Virus record (IMG/VR): IMGVR_UViG_3300043418_000114
Coordinates: 186,001 to 250,000 of that record
Length of the DNA: 64,000 nt
Strand: one strand, 5' to 3'
Both the position numbers and the translations under genes were made by a program. Position 1 is the first letter of the stretch. The number at the start of each line of letters is the position of its first letter. Under the pieces are notes generated by a model that saw only the letters and a list, made by a program, of their open reading frames with translations, searched no databases and was not told where the DNA came from. Below, piece after piece: positions 50,908 to 58,851 of this stretch.

Positions 50908-51447
50908 TCATTTTACAACATCTTGCCAACGAATGACTAGTGATTTGTCGTAATTTTGAGTTTTGTTCTTTCTGCGATTTTCCAATGCAGGAAGATACTG
51001 AAAGTTATCAGGATGATGTAGACCTCCGCATGCCAATGGCACAATATGGTCGACTTCGTATCCAGTTGGACAACTCTCGTAAATTTTTCGAATTAACTGA
51101 CTATCAACGTAATCAGGTGTTGCGTTGTACTTTCTCGCTCTATAGTTTTGTACATTCAACACATTTAATTTTGCAGATTCGTCTTTCGTTTTTCTTCCAA
51201 CTTTATCCCAATAAGCTATTCTAGCCTCTGATATTTTGGCAGAATGTTCTGCTGTTCTCGGCTTAAGTTTCTTTCCTTTGGTACTGGTTTGCTTAATTGA
51301 ACCAGAAGCAATTCCTTCTTTAACCGAGTTGGCTATTTTTCGTTTCGTTTCATCGGATCTAACTCTAGAGTTAGCACACGGTCTACAACAATACTTTCCT
51401 GATCCATATGATCCATCATGTTCACTATTACATTTGAGGCAAAACAT
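50908..51447 (-). CDS. HNH homing-endonuclease-like protein
   Basis: N-terminal Cys motifs; NUMOD-like basic helices; 'EVDHIVPL..GGLH...N.QYL...ENRRK'. Confidence 0.82.
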   Translation of the reverse strand: MFCLKCNSEHDGSYGSGKYCCRPCANSRVRSDETKRKIANSVKEGIASGSIKQTSTKGKKLKPRTAEHSAKISEARIAYWDKVGRKTKDESAKLNVLNVQNYRARKYNATPDYVDSQLIRKIYESCPTGYEVDHIVPLACGGLHHPDNFQYLPALENRRKNKTQNYDKSLVIRWQDVVK

Positions 51448-51496
51448 ATTAAATTCCTTTAATATATTTATCGAACCTCGCTCATTCTTTAGTTTT

Positions 51497-51572
51497 TGGC
51501 TCCCCAGGATGGGATCGAACCACCGACATCCTGATTAACAGTCAGGCGCAACTACCGCTGTGCTACTGGGGA
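51497..51572 (-). tRNA. tRNA-Asn(GTT), second copy
   Basis: Loop CTGTTAA; CCA. Confidence 0.92.
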
Positions 51573-51580
51573 ATAATTCT

Positions 51581-51655
51581 TGGTGCCTCCACCTGGGCTC
51601 GAACCAGGGACTCCCACCTTATCAAGATGATACTCTACCACTGAGTTATAGAGGC
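51581..51655 (-). tRNA. tRNA-Ile(GAT)
   Basis: Loop TTGATAA; CCA. Confidence 0.88.
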
Positions 51656-51665
51656 AATTAATTGT

Positions 51666-51739
51666 TGGTACCCAGTGCAAGAATTGAACTTGCGTCTATC
51701 GATTATCAGTCGATTGCTCTTCCGTTGAGCTAACCGGGC
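51666..51739 (-). tRNA. tRNA-Ile(GAT), second copy
   Basis: Loop CTGATAA; CCA. Confidence 0.88.
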
Positions 51740-51745
51740 ATTGTT

Positions 51746-51821
51746 TGGTAGATGTGAGTGGATTCGAACCACCGACCTGCTCCGTATGAAGGAGATGCAC
51801 TAGCCGCTGTGCTACACATCC
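51746..51821 (-). tRNA. tRNA-Met(CAT)
   Basis: Loop TTCATAC; CCA. Confidence 0.85.
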
Positions 51822-51827
51822 ATTGTA

Positions 51828-51902
51828 TGGTGCTCCTTGACAGAATCGAACTGCCACCCCTAGATTACAAAACTAGTCCACTACCATTATGATTAAAAGA
51901 GC
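51828..51902 (-). tRNA. tRNA-Thr(TGT), second copy
   Basis: Loop TTTGTAA; CCA. Confidence 0.85.
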
Positions 51903-51908
51903 AAATAA

Positions 51909-52022
51909 AACAGGATACATTCTTGACGAATGCTCTACCAATTGAGCTAATCTCGCATGAAGCGAAATGTTGGAATCGAACCAACGACACATCGTTTGAT
52001 GTAGTTTGCTGTATGTATCCTA
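51909..52022 (-). ncRNA. CAGCA-scaffold RNA copy 6, with a permuted T-acceptor-D tRNA mimic
   Basis: TAGGATAC-ATA-CAGCA, tetraloop hairpin, GTTGG-TTCGATT-CCAAC, closed acceptor, TAGCTCAATTGGTAGAGC, GTATCCTG. Confidence 0.85.
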
Positions 52023-52026
52023 AAAT

Positions 52027-52146
52027 TGGCGCCGCCGGAGGGATTCGAACCCCCATCTCTTCCTTGACATGGAATTTTTATATGCTGAACGTACTCTGTA
52101 CAGAGTCACTTTTTATAAGTGTCCTGATCCATTAGACGACAGCGGC
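52027..52146 (-). tRNA. tRNA-Asp(GTC)-like gene with a permuted CAGCA scaffold inserted between the D and anticodon arms
   Basis: GCCGCTG/CGGCGGC-G-CCA; insert ...ACTCTGT-AC-AGAGTAC-GTT-CAGCA-TATAAAAA; TTCC-ATGTCAA-GGAA. Confidence 0.75.
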
Positions 52147-52153
52147 GATAAAT

Positions 52154-52227
52154 TGGTGCGGGGTAAGGGAGTTGAACCCTTGACTAAACGTTGGCAACGT
52201 TTGATTTTACCGTTAAACTAACCACGC
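52154..52227 (-). tRNA. tRNA-Gly(GCC), second copy (A73)
   Basis: Loop TTGCCAA; CCA. Confidence 0.82.
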
Positions 52228-52235
52228 ATAAAAAC

Positions 52236-52312
52236 TGGAATACGGAGTGAGATTTGAACTCACGAATAACTGGTTTGCAATCAGTCCCCTTAGGCCGCTC
52301 GGGCATCCGTAC
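52236..52312 (-). tRNA. tRNA-Cys(GCA), second copy
   Basis: Loop TTGCAAA; U73; CCA. Confidence 0.85.
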
Positions 52313-52322
52313 ATAAATTGAT

Positions 52323-52398
<76 letters not shown>

Positions 52399-52409
52399 AA
52401 ATTCACTTA

Positions 52410-52486
52410 GGGGTGACCGGTGGGACTTGAACCCACAAAAACCTGAGTCACAGTCAGGGTCGTCTACCAATTCCGACACGGCCACA
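52410..52486 (-). tRNA. tRNA-His(GTG), no encoded CCA, extended flanking stem
   Basis: Loop CTGTGAC; C73; flanks TTTACTTAGG/CCTAAGTGAA pair. Confidence 0.8.
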
Positions 52487-52510
52487 CCTAAGTAAACTTA
52501 GGAGAAATAA

Positions 52511-52571
52511 AACAGGATGCGTTTTTGCTTTTTACCAATAAAAGTTTTTTTAATTGCTGAATGCATCCTAA
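52511..52571 (-). ncRNA. CAGCA-scaffold RNA copy 7
   Basis: TAGGATGC-ATT-CAGCA...CTTTT-ATTGGTA-AAAAG...GCATCCTG. Confidence 0.8.
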
Positions 52572-52575
52572 AAAC

Positions 52576-52601
52576 AAAAAACCCTGAGAGGATCAGGGTT
52601 T
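52576..52601 (-). terminator. Intrinsic terminator
   Basis: AAACCCTGA-TCCTC-TCAGGGTTT followed by T-run. Confidence 0.7.
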
Positions 52602-52621
52602 GTAATGTGTTGCAAGTATGT

Positions 52622-53275
52622 TTACTTTTTAGGATAAACATACAGTTTTTGCAAGTCTGGTCTTTCAGGTTCTAACCACTCGCCTTTCTTGCACATAGCA
52701 ATGATGCTTTTTGGGCATCCTGCTAACTCTAATTGTGTATAAGAACTAAGTCCTCTACCTTGAATTTTAGGTTGCATATGACATGGCTGAGGAACTTCTC
52801 TCCAATAACCGGTGCCATTGTCTACACCTGATGCAATGTAGTTAGTGTATTCTGCTTTGATACCAGGACGAAAATAAATTGTCAAGCCACGATCAGGTGT
52901 TTCATACACTCTAGGACCATCAACAAATATTTCTGCCATGTCTAAGCATGTCATTACAGCAGTAGGTCGCTGTAGATGATCTAACCTTGTGCCATCAGGG
53001 CATGCACCGTTGTCTAACTCAGTTTTATCGCCGTTAGGCAACTCCATGAACTCGCCATGCTGAGTTTTGAATTCACCGAACAAGTCTTGGTAATTCTCAC
53101 TGATCCAGTATTTCTCGCGTGTCCAATCTTCATCCCTATCGATGGTAGTAGTCACACCTTTAAACACTTTAATATAGCCACTATCGCCGCCATCAAGTGC
53201 TTCATAAGATAATTCTTTATTGACTGTTAATGTCAATTTCTTTGTATTGTAATCATAAATCCATGGTAAAATCAT
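52622..53275 (-). CDS. Hypothetical protein
   Basis: 217 aa; ATAAATA and GGAG upstream. Confidence 0.65.
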   Translation of the reverse strand: MILPWIYDYNTKKLTLTVNKELSYEALDGGDSGYIKVFKGVTTTIDRDEDWTREKYWISENYQDLFGEFKTQHGEFMELPNGDKTELDNGACPDGTRLDHLQRPTAVMTCLDMAEIFVDGPRVYETPDRGLTIYFRPGIKAEYTNYIASGVDNGTGYWREVPQPCHMQPKIQGRGLSSYTQLELAGCPKSIIAMCKKGEWLEPERPDLQKLYVYPKK

Positions 53276-53315
53276 AGTTCGTCTCCGATACTAGTATTTA
53301 TAGATTAATGAATAA

Positions 53316-53392
53316 TGGCGCCACCGAAGAGATTCGAACTCCTGACTCCTTCGTTCGTAGCGAAGTACTCTAATCCACTGAGTTACGGCGGC
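53316..53392 (-). tRNA. tRNA-Arg(ACG)
   Basis: Loop CTACGAA; CCA. Confidence 0.9.
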
Positions 53393-53399
53393 ATAATAT

Positions 53400-53501
53400 A
53401 ACAGGATAGTTGTTTTGCAGGGGGAATTGAACCCCCAAGGTTTGATTAGAAGTCAAATTGTGAACCGTTCACATGCGTATTGTTTGCTGTAACTATCCTA
53501 A
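53400..53501 (-). ncRNA. CAGCA-scaffold RNA copy 8, enclosing D-like, Arg(TCT) anticodon and T arms
   Basis: TAGGATAG-TTA-CAGCA...TTTGA-CTTCTAA-TCAAA, GGGGG-TTCAATT-CCCCC...CTATCCTG. Confidence 0.85.
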
Positions 53502-53504
53502 AAC

Positions 53505-53579
53505 TGGCATCCTGTACGGGAATCGAACCCGTCTTTATGACTTGAAAGGCCATCGTTCTTACCGATAAACTAACAGGAT
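53505..53579 (-). tRNA. tRNA-Glu(TTC), second copy
   Basis: Loop CTTTCAA; G73; CCA. Confidence 0.88.
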
Positions 53580-53689
53580 ATTAATTCGTTCCCGTGCTAC
53601 GACTTTTACGCAACGACCGTAGTGCCCGATCTCGCAAGTTGCTCCGGACGGGAGTAGAGCAACGTTGTCTTCTTTCTGGCCAGAAATAC

Positions 53690-53765
53690 TGGCACCCCGT
53701 GATGGACTCGAACCACCGCATGTCGGAATCAAAATCCGATGCCTTACCAACTTGGCGAACAGGGT
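53690..53765 (-). tRNA. tRNA-Gln(TTG)
   Basis: Loop TTTTGAT; CCA. Confidence 0.9.
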
Positions 53766-53771
53766 ATAATT

Positions 53772-53846
53772 TGGTGGAAGCCGAGGGAGTTGAACCCTTC
53801 TAGACAGCGATCTTGCAAGGATCACCCGTAGCCCGCTACTGCCCCC
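53772..53846 (-). tRNA. Atypical tRNA-Ala(TGC)
   Basis: G3:U70; loop CTTGCAA; short D arm; CCA. Confidence 0.7.
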
Positions 53847-53853
53847 AATTGTA

Positions 53854-53931
53854 TGGCGTCCACCGTCGGTATCACACCGCACTCCAAGTCAGCTGGTAAG
53901 TGCTGACCTACGTATCTCACGTTGAGTGGAC
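53854..53931 (-). ncRNA. Aberrant cloverleaf RNA ending in CCA
   Basis: GTCCACT/GGTGGAC-G-CCA; 8-bp central arm with 8-nt loop; non-canonical T loop. Confidence 0.5.
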
Positions 53932-54050
53932 TGTCTTATACTTCCATCGTTGCCACCACAGCATTGACTACTCATATAAGCACTAACTTGAATAGACGCT
54001 ACCGGGCATTAATATCCGCCCGTATCACAGTTAGTTGGTCTACATAAACT

Positions 54051-54137
54051 TGGTGGAACCCTAAGGAATCGAACCTCTTGCCACCACCCACCTTATTATG
54101 GCTACGATTTTACAGACCGCAAGCGGGAAAGGGCTCC
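54051..54137 (-). tRNA. D-armless tRNA-Tyr(GTA)-like RNA
   Basis: GGAGCCC/GGGTTCC-A-CCA; loop CTGTAAA; T arm; D arm replaced by TTTCCCGCTT. Confidence 0.65.
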
Positions 54138-54148
54138 ATTAAATTGTT

Positions 54149-54222
54149 TGGTCTGGGTGGCAAGAATCGAACTTGCTCCTCGAGTATCCAAGACTCGCCG
54201 ACTTCCATTATCCTACACCCAG
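54149..54222 (-). tRNA. tRNA-Pro(TGG), second copy (A37)
   Basis: Loop CTTGGAT; CCA. Confidence 0.82.
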
Positions 54223-54238
54223 ATTGATAAATACTATT

Positions 54239-54802
54239 ATGAATACACAAAAACTACGCCAACTAATGAATCTATGCGAGGGTCGTAACCCTGATCTAGA
54301 ATATCAAGACGCAGAAGATAAAGTCATTGCTAGACTTCAAAGTTATAAGAGTCAATCTTATACTAAACTTGCTCAAAAAGTCAACCGCATCAAAGAATTA
54401 AAAGATGAGGTCAAGGCCTTAGAGGAAGAAGTCAAACAAGAAACTCGTGAAAACATCAATGATTTGTTTGATGCCGAAGATGCTGTAAAAACACGCATCG
54501 TTGAAACTATGAGTTTTATTCTTACTCTAAGCAAGAATCCAAAAGCTACAGAAACTCCTAAGTACAAGGACATTCTGAATGAACTTACTAATCACTTGAC
54601 TCCAGAGTTGATTAACGTCCTAGAAGGTCTTAAGAAACAAATGGTTACTGTTACTCAGAAAGAACCATCATTGAAAATTGAACCACTTAAGGAAGGTTTC
54701 TTAGGCTCATACTTTGCACGTTTGAAAAACGCTGTTATGAGTTGGGGTCAACGTTATGACCAGAAACTCGATAACTTAAAGCGTTTAGCTTACTCAAAAT
54801 AA
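54239..54802 (+). CDS. Hypothetical coiled-coil protein
   Basis: ATAAATA immediately upstream; 187 aa. Confidence 0.65.
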   Translation: MNTQKLRQLMNLCEGRNPDLEYQDAEDKVIARLQSYKSQSYTKLAQKVNRIKELKDEVKALEEEVKQETRENINDLFDAEDAVKTRIVETMSFILTLSKNPKATETPKYKDILNELTNHLTPELINVLEGLKKQMVTVTQKEPSLKIEPLKEGFLGSYFARLKNAVMSWGQRYDQKLDNLKRLAYSK

Positions 54803-54804
54803 GT

Positions 54805-54882
54805 TGGCAGAGGTAACTGGATTCGAACCAGTGTTCACGATTTCAAAGACCGTAGCTTTAGGCCAGACTAAGCTATACCCCA
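54805..54882 (-). tRNA. tRNA-Gln(TTG), second copy
   Basis: U1; loop CTTTGAA; G73; CCA. Confidence 0.85.
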
Positions 54883-55342
54883 ACAAAAAACGCTATTCAT
54901 TAGTATACAGGACATAAGGCCGTCAGGAGGCGAAATGCAGTGTTCATCCTATGATACTAGTGAATAGCATCTTGCGATGCTATGCTAGAGTCAATGCTCT
55001 AGCCAGTTATTTGTACTCCCGGGTTCTCGCCCACGGTTTCATCCAACTGTCCGCCCGTTCAAAGTTTATTATAGTGTTCTTTCAGGACCTCGTTTCCTGG
55101 GCTTACGCTCTTATTCAACACTGTTAATCAGCATAGTTTACTAGCTTTTTCAAACTAGCTAACTTTTCCTGATCCTTTTTCGCTCTCTCATACTTGTTTC
55201 GCATGAGAATTCTAACTTGTTCTTTTGACAGAGTATGGTTCTTTAACCAGTTATCTTTGTCAGAAGAACTTAATCTTATTTCATCCTTCAATTTTTATCA
55301 ATCTTTCTTTTTGTTCTGTTGTATTTTTGCTACATTCAAAAC

Positions 55343-55378
55343 AAAAAACCTCTGGGTTTTTAATCCAGAGGTTTCATA
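55343..55378 (-). terminator. Intrinsic terminator of the putative attenuator
   Basis: AAACCTCTGG-ATTAAAAAC-CCAGAGGTTT followed by TTTG. Confidence 0.8.
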
Positions 55379-55397
55379 ATCTTTTTGGAGTGTTACT

Positions 55398-55571
55398 TTA
55401 AGCGTAACCGTCTCCTTCTATGAAACTCTCTGGTGTTCTCGCATCATAATTGCTCTCTGATCCGCGAATACTAGATAAGCCTGATGTACCAAACGTAGCC
55501 CATACCGGCTGTTGCAATGCGAAAGCATTTAGCCCTGTATGTTTAGCGGTTTGACACATTATGTTTTTCAT
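55398..55571 (-). CDS. Putative 57-aa leader peptide containing an antiterminator strand
   Basis: MKNIMCQTAKHTGLNAFALQQPVWATFGTSGLSSIRGSESNYDARTPESFIEGDGYA; CCAGAGAGTTTCATA (55419-55433) complements the terminator 5' arm. Confidence 0.6.
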   Translation of the reverse strand: MKNIMCQTAKHTGLNAFALQQPVWATFGTSGLSSIRGSESNYDARTPESFIEGDGYA

Positions 55572-55648
55572 AGTAAGTTTATTTATCTCTGATTAAAAAT
55601 TTAGTCATTTAAGACTGGTTTTTTGTTGTTTTTGCAACGTATGAGTGA

Positions 55649-55775
55649 AGTATAACTTGTTTTCGATTAGTTGTCAACAACTTTTTTCGTTAACTTGTCC
55701 AAAACTTCAAAATTCTTTTTTGCTCGATTTCTCAAGCAATGTGTGTAGTATATATCTGTTTTGAGTTGTTGTCAA
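55649..55775 (-). promoter_or_regulatory. Tandem sigma70 promoters heading the tRNA array
   Basis: TTGACA-N17-TATACT at 55747-55775 and 55649-55677. Confidence 0.7.
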
Positions 55776-55791
55776 ACTTTTTTGGACATCT

Positions 55792-56820
55792 TCACAACAA
55801 CCATCGTTGATTCTTCATTGTCCACTCTACAACATCACGAAGTTTATCTTGAAATGTGTACTTTGGTTTCCAACCCAACGATGCCAGATACTCTCCTGAC
55901 AAACTGTAGCGAAAATCATGACCAGGTCGTTGACTATCATTTCCAGTGATTTGATATTGTAGCGTCTTGTTCATCACTGTAGCAATCATTTTGGCAACTG
56001 CTAGATTACTAAATTCCTCATTTGCTGTGATGTTGAATTTAGGACAGGTGATGCCTTCTGTGTTGGATGGCAATGAAAACTGCTTGTGTGGCAGATTCAT
56101 AATGAACAATGTGGCTAGAGCCACGTCTTCTACATAGATCCAATGACGTAGTCCACTCACTGTGCCAGTACTATCGCCATGAATTGTAACAACTTCATCG
56201 TTCGATAACTTATTCATCACTAAACCAATGAACTTTTCTGGATTCTGTCTCTCGCCGAACGTGTTCATAACGTGTAGGCAGTATATTGGCATGCCATACG
56301 TATTCTCATATGCTACGCACAGTTCTTCTGCCGCGGCCTTACTTGCACTATATGGACTACGACTGTTATATCTGTCGTATTCGTTGAAATTTACACCAGC
56401 TGGAGCACTTCCAAAAATCTCATCCGTCCCAAAATAGATGAACTTTTCTAGATTAGGAAGATGATGCCTTGCATATTCCAATAGGTTACATGTGCCTACC
56501 ACGTTGTCTTGAATGAATTGAACTGGATTTTGTATGCTTCTGTCAACGTGACTACCCGCGGCTAGGTGAATAATATAGTCAACGTTGCCTAGTTGTTTGG
56601 CTAGCTGAGGATTAATTTCTGCACGAAGATCATGGTAGATTACTCTAAGATTATGATTTACTGGATCTAACTCATCGCGTATTTCGACTAATCTATTCAG
56701 ATTGCCAGAAAAATCCAGTCTATCCAGACTAGTCACCTGGTAGCCTCTCGACAATAGTTGTTTTATTAGATGATGACCAATGAATCCTGCTCCACCTGTC
56801 ACTAGTACATTTTTACCCAT
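55792..56820 (-). CDS. NDP-sugar 4,6-dehydratase (RmlB/RfbB-like)
   Basis: GGAGFIG, HLAAGSHVDRSI, TDE, YSASK, RPGHD.RY. Confidence 0.9.
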   Translation of the reverse strand: MGKNVLVTGGAGFIGHHLIKQLLSRGYQVTSLDRLDFSGNLNRLVEIRDELDPVNHNLRVIYHDLRAEINPQLAKQLGNVDYIIHLAAGSHVDRSIQNPVQFIQDNVVGTCNLLEYARHHLPNLEKFIYFGTDEIFGSAPAGVNFNEYDRYNSRSPYSASKAAAEELCVAYENTYGMPIYCLHVMNTFGERQNPEKFIGLVMNKLSNDEVVTIHGDSTGTVSGLRHWIYVEDVALATLFIMNLPHKQFSLPSNTEGITCPKFNITANEEFSNLAVAKMIATVMNKTLQYQITGNDSQRPGHDFRYSLSGEYLASLGWKPKYTFQDKLRDVVEWTMKNQRWLL

Positions 56821-56861
56821 CCAGTATTTATAGACAAGGTTCCTTCAGAATAAATATCAAC

Positions 56862-57764
56862 ATGGACATACTGACTATTACATGCGACCGCGACTTCGAT
56901 ATCATGGAGTCTCACGCCAAAAGCATTCAACGTTTTTTGGCACCATGTAAGCATTGGGTTTTCGTAAATCAGTCAAAACGCTCACGCCAAGACTGGATGG
57001 AAATGCTAGAGCCATATTACACAAGGCATGAACTAGAAATTGTCTTCACCGATGACATAGAATCATTTGGTGACTTGAATGGTTGGATCGTTCAACAGAT
57101 ATGGAAGATACGTGCAGTAGATTGGATCAAAAAGGATTACGTTGTTTTTGATTCTAAAAACATATTTGTGCGTGACACTGACGTTGGCACATGGACTCAT
57201 GAAGGACCTGGTGTGTTTGGATACTTACCCGACACTGAGCAGAAGCCAGATGATCCTGACTTTGATTTAACTATCAACTACATTCTGTCTGCCAGAGATT
57301 GCTATGTAAAGTACTATAATTTACCAGCAATTAAAAAGACTATGAACATTATCACGCCATTCGTAGTGCGTGAAAAAGTAATGTCTGAGTTGTCAGCTAT
57401 GATCAAAAAGAATAACGTGTTTGTAGACGTACCAATCGACGACAAGGTTATATGGCATGGTGACTTTTTGCTATACAGTATGGTAGCAGAAAAATATGGA
57501 CTACTAGACACTGAACCTGACTTCCATCTTCCAGGCGATGTTACTAGTAAATCTGTATTCTATCATCATTCAGAATGGGAACAAGATGCATACAAGAGTG
57601 GGTTTGATAGATTACGCAACAATGAAAACTATGCGTGTTTGAGTCTACATCATACCTGGTTAGCGAATGCTTCAATGAATGAGCGTGTGGAAATGGCAGA
57701 GTTCTTAGAGCAATTGGATGTGCTACCAGAACGATTAAAAAAACAAATATTGAGAATAAAATGA
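56862..57764 (+). CDS. Glycosyltransferase-like protein (DUF6492-like)
   Basis: 'GW..QQ.WK...Y.V.DSKN.F'. Confidence 0.55.
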   Translation: MDILTITCDRDFDIMESHAKSIQRFLAPCKHWVFVNQSKRSRQDWMEMLEPYYTRHELEIVFTDDIESFGDLNGWIVQQIWKIRAVDWIKKDYVVFDSKNIFVRDTDVGTWTHEGPGVFGYLPDTEQKPDDPDFDLTINYILSARDCYVKYYNLPAIKKTMNIITPFVVREKVMSELSAMIKKNNVFVDVPIDDKVIWHGDFLLYSMVAEKYGLLDTEPDFHLPGDVTSKSVFYHHSEWEQDAYKSGFDRLRNNENYACLSLHHTWLANASMNERVEMAEFLEQLDVLPERLKKQILRIK

Positions 57765-58537
57765 GACATGAACAAACTAAATTAGACAATCATATTCTTT
57801 TTGCAATTCAGTTACTGAGTTATGCCTCCATTCCATTGATGTTCATGTATGCTACTATTGGACAATGGATTATTGCCAGTATCATGTGTTTCTTGTTATA
57901 TCACGTTGGTGTTGCAGTTACATTCCATCGTTTGTTAACTCATAATTCGTTCAGCACAGGTCCAATCACTAAAGTGGTGATGACAATCTTAGGCACATTA
58001 GCTACTAATGGCAGTTCATTGTACTGGGTTGCACTGCACACAACACATCACAAGTATTCAGATAGTGATAAAGACGTTCACAGTCCACGCTTTGGCTTCT
58101 GGAAGACTTGGTTCATGCCTATGTATCCACATAGCCCAGTTGACTCTACTAAGCTAGCTATCCGTTTAGCTAAAGAGCCATTGCAATTGTTCTTACACAA
58201 GTACTATTGGTTCGTTATTGCCGCATATGTTCTAATGTTGTATGTCATTAGTCCATTCGCTATCGTATATGCTTACTTGTTCCCTGTAATGTTCTCATGG
58301 GCAATGTCAGCAGGCATCGTCAACACACTATGCCATGTTCGTGGATATCGCAATCACGAGACTAAAGACAATTCAACAAACATTCGTTGGTTCTCTTGGA
58401 TCACAAACGGTGAAAGCTATCATAACAATCATCACGCTAGACCAAGCAGTGCTAATTTTGGTAGCGATACCGAGTACGACCCAGGCTACTCGTTTATCAA
58501 GTTGTTAGCAAAGTTGAAACTGGCAACCTTAAAATGA
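57761..58537 (+). CDS. Delta-9-type membrane fatty acid desaturase
   Basis: His boxes HRLLTH, HTTHH and HNNHH; TM segments. Confidence 0.92.
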   Translation: MRHEQTKLDNHILFAIQLLSYASIPLMFMYATIGQWIIASIMCFLLYHVGVAVTFHRLLTHNSFSTGPITKVVMTILGTLATNGSSLYWVALHTTHHKYSDSDKDVHSPRFGFWKTWFMPMYPHSPVDSTKLAIRLAKEPLQLFLHKYYWFVIAAYVLMLYVISPFAIVYAYLFPVMFSWAMSAGIVNTLCHVRGYRNHETKDNSTNIRWFSWITNGESYHNNHHARPSSANFGSDTEYDPGYSFIKLLAKLKLATLK

Positions 58538-58851
58538 TAATTGGCAAACCTAAAGGCAAAGACCACTATACTTGTTCCTTGAGTGATAAGTATTATGAGA
58601 ATCAATGTAAGAATCCACCAGATTATTACAGTTTGTTTGACTTCCATCAAGTGCCAGATAGCTATACCTTCGTTCCTGACATAAAGAACTATGATAAATT
58701 AGAGAAAGTATGTTATCTATTTCATCACAGGCTAGTTCAGTATTATATTGATCACAATTTAGATCCTGATACCCCGTGGTGGTGGTATGATGACAAAGAG
58801 TTACATGCATTAGCAGATAGGCTAGCACAAAGAATAAAGGACACACTATGA
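58534..58851 (+). CDS. Hypothetical protein
   Basis: Coupled ORF in operon. Confidence 0.55.
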   Translation: MIIGKPKGKDHYTCSLSDKYYENQCKNPPDYYSLFDFHQVPDSYTFVPDIKNYDKLEKVCYLFHHRLVQYYIDHNLDPDTPWWWYDDKELHALADRLAQRIKDTL

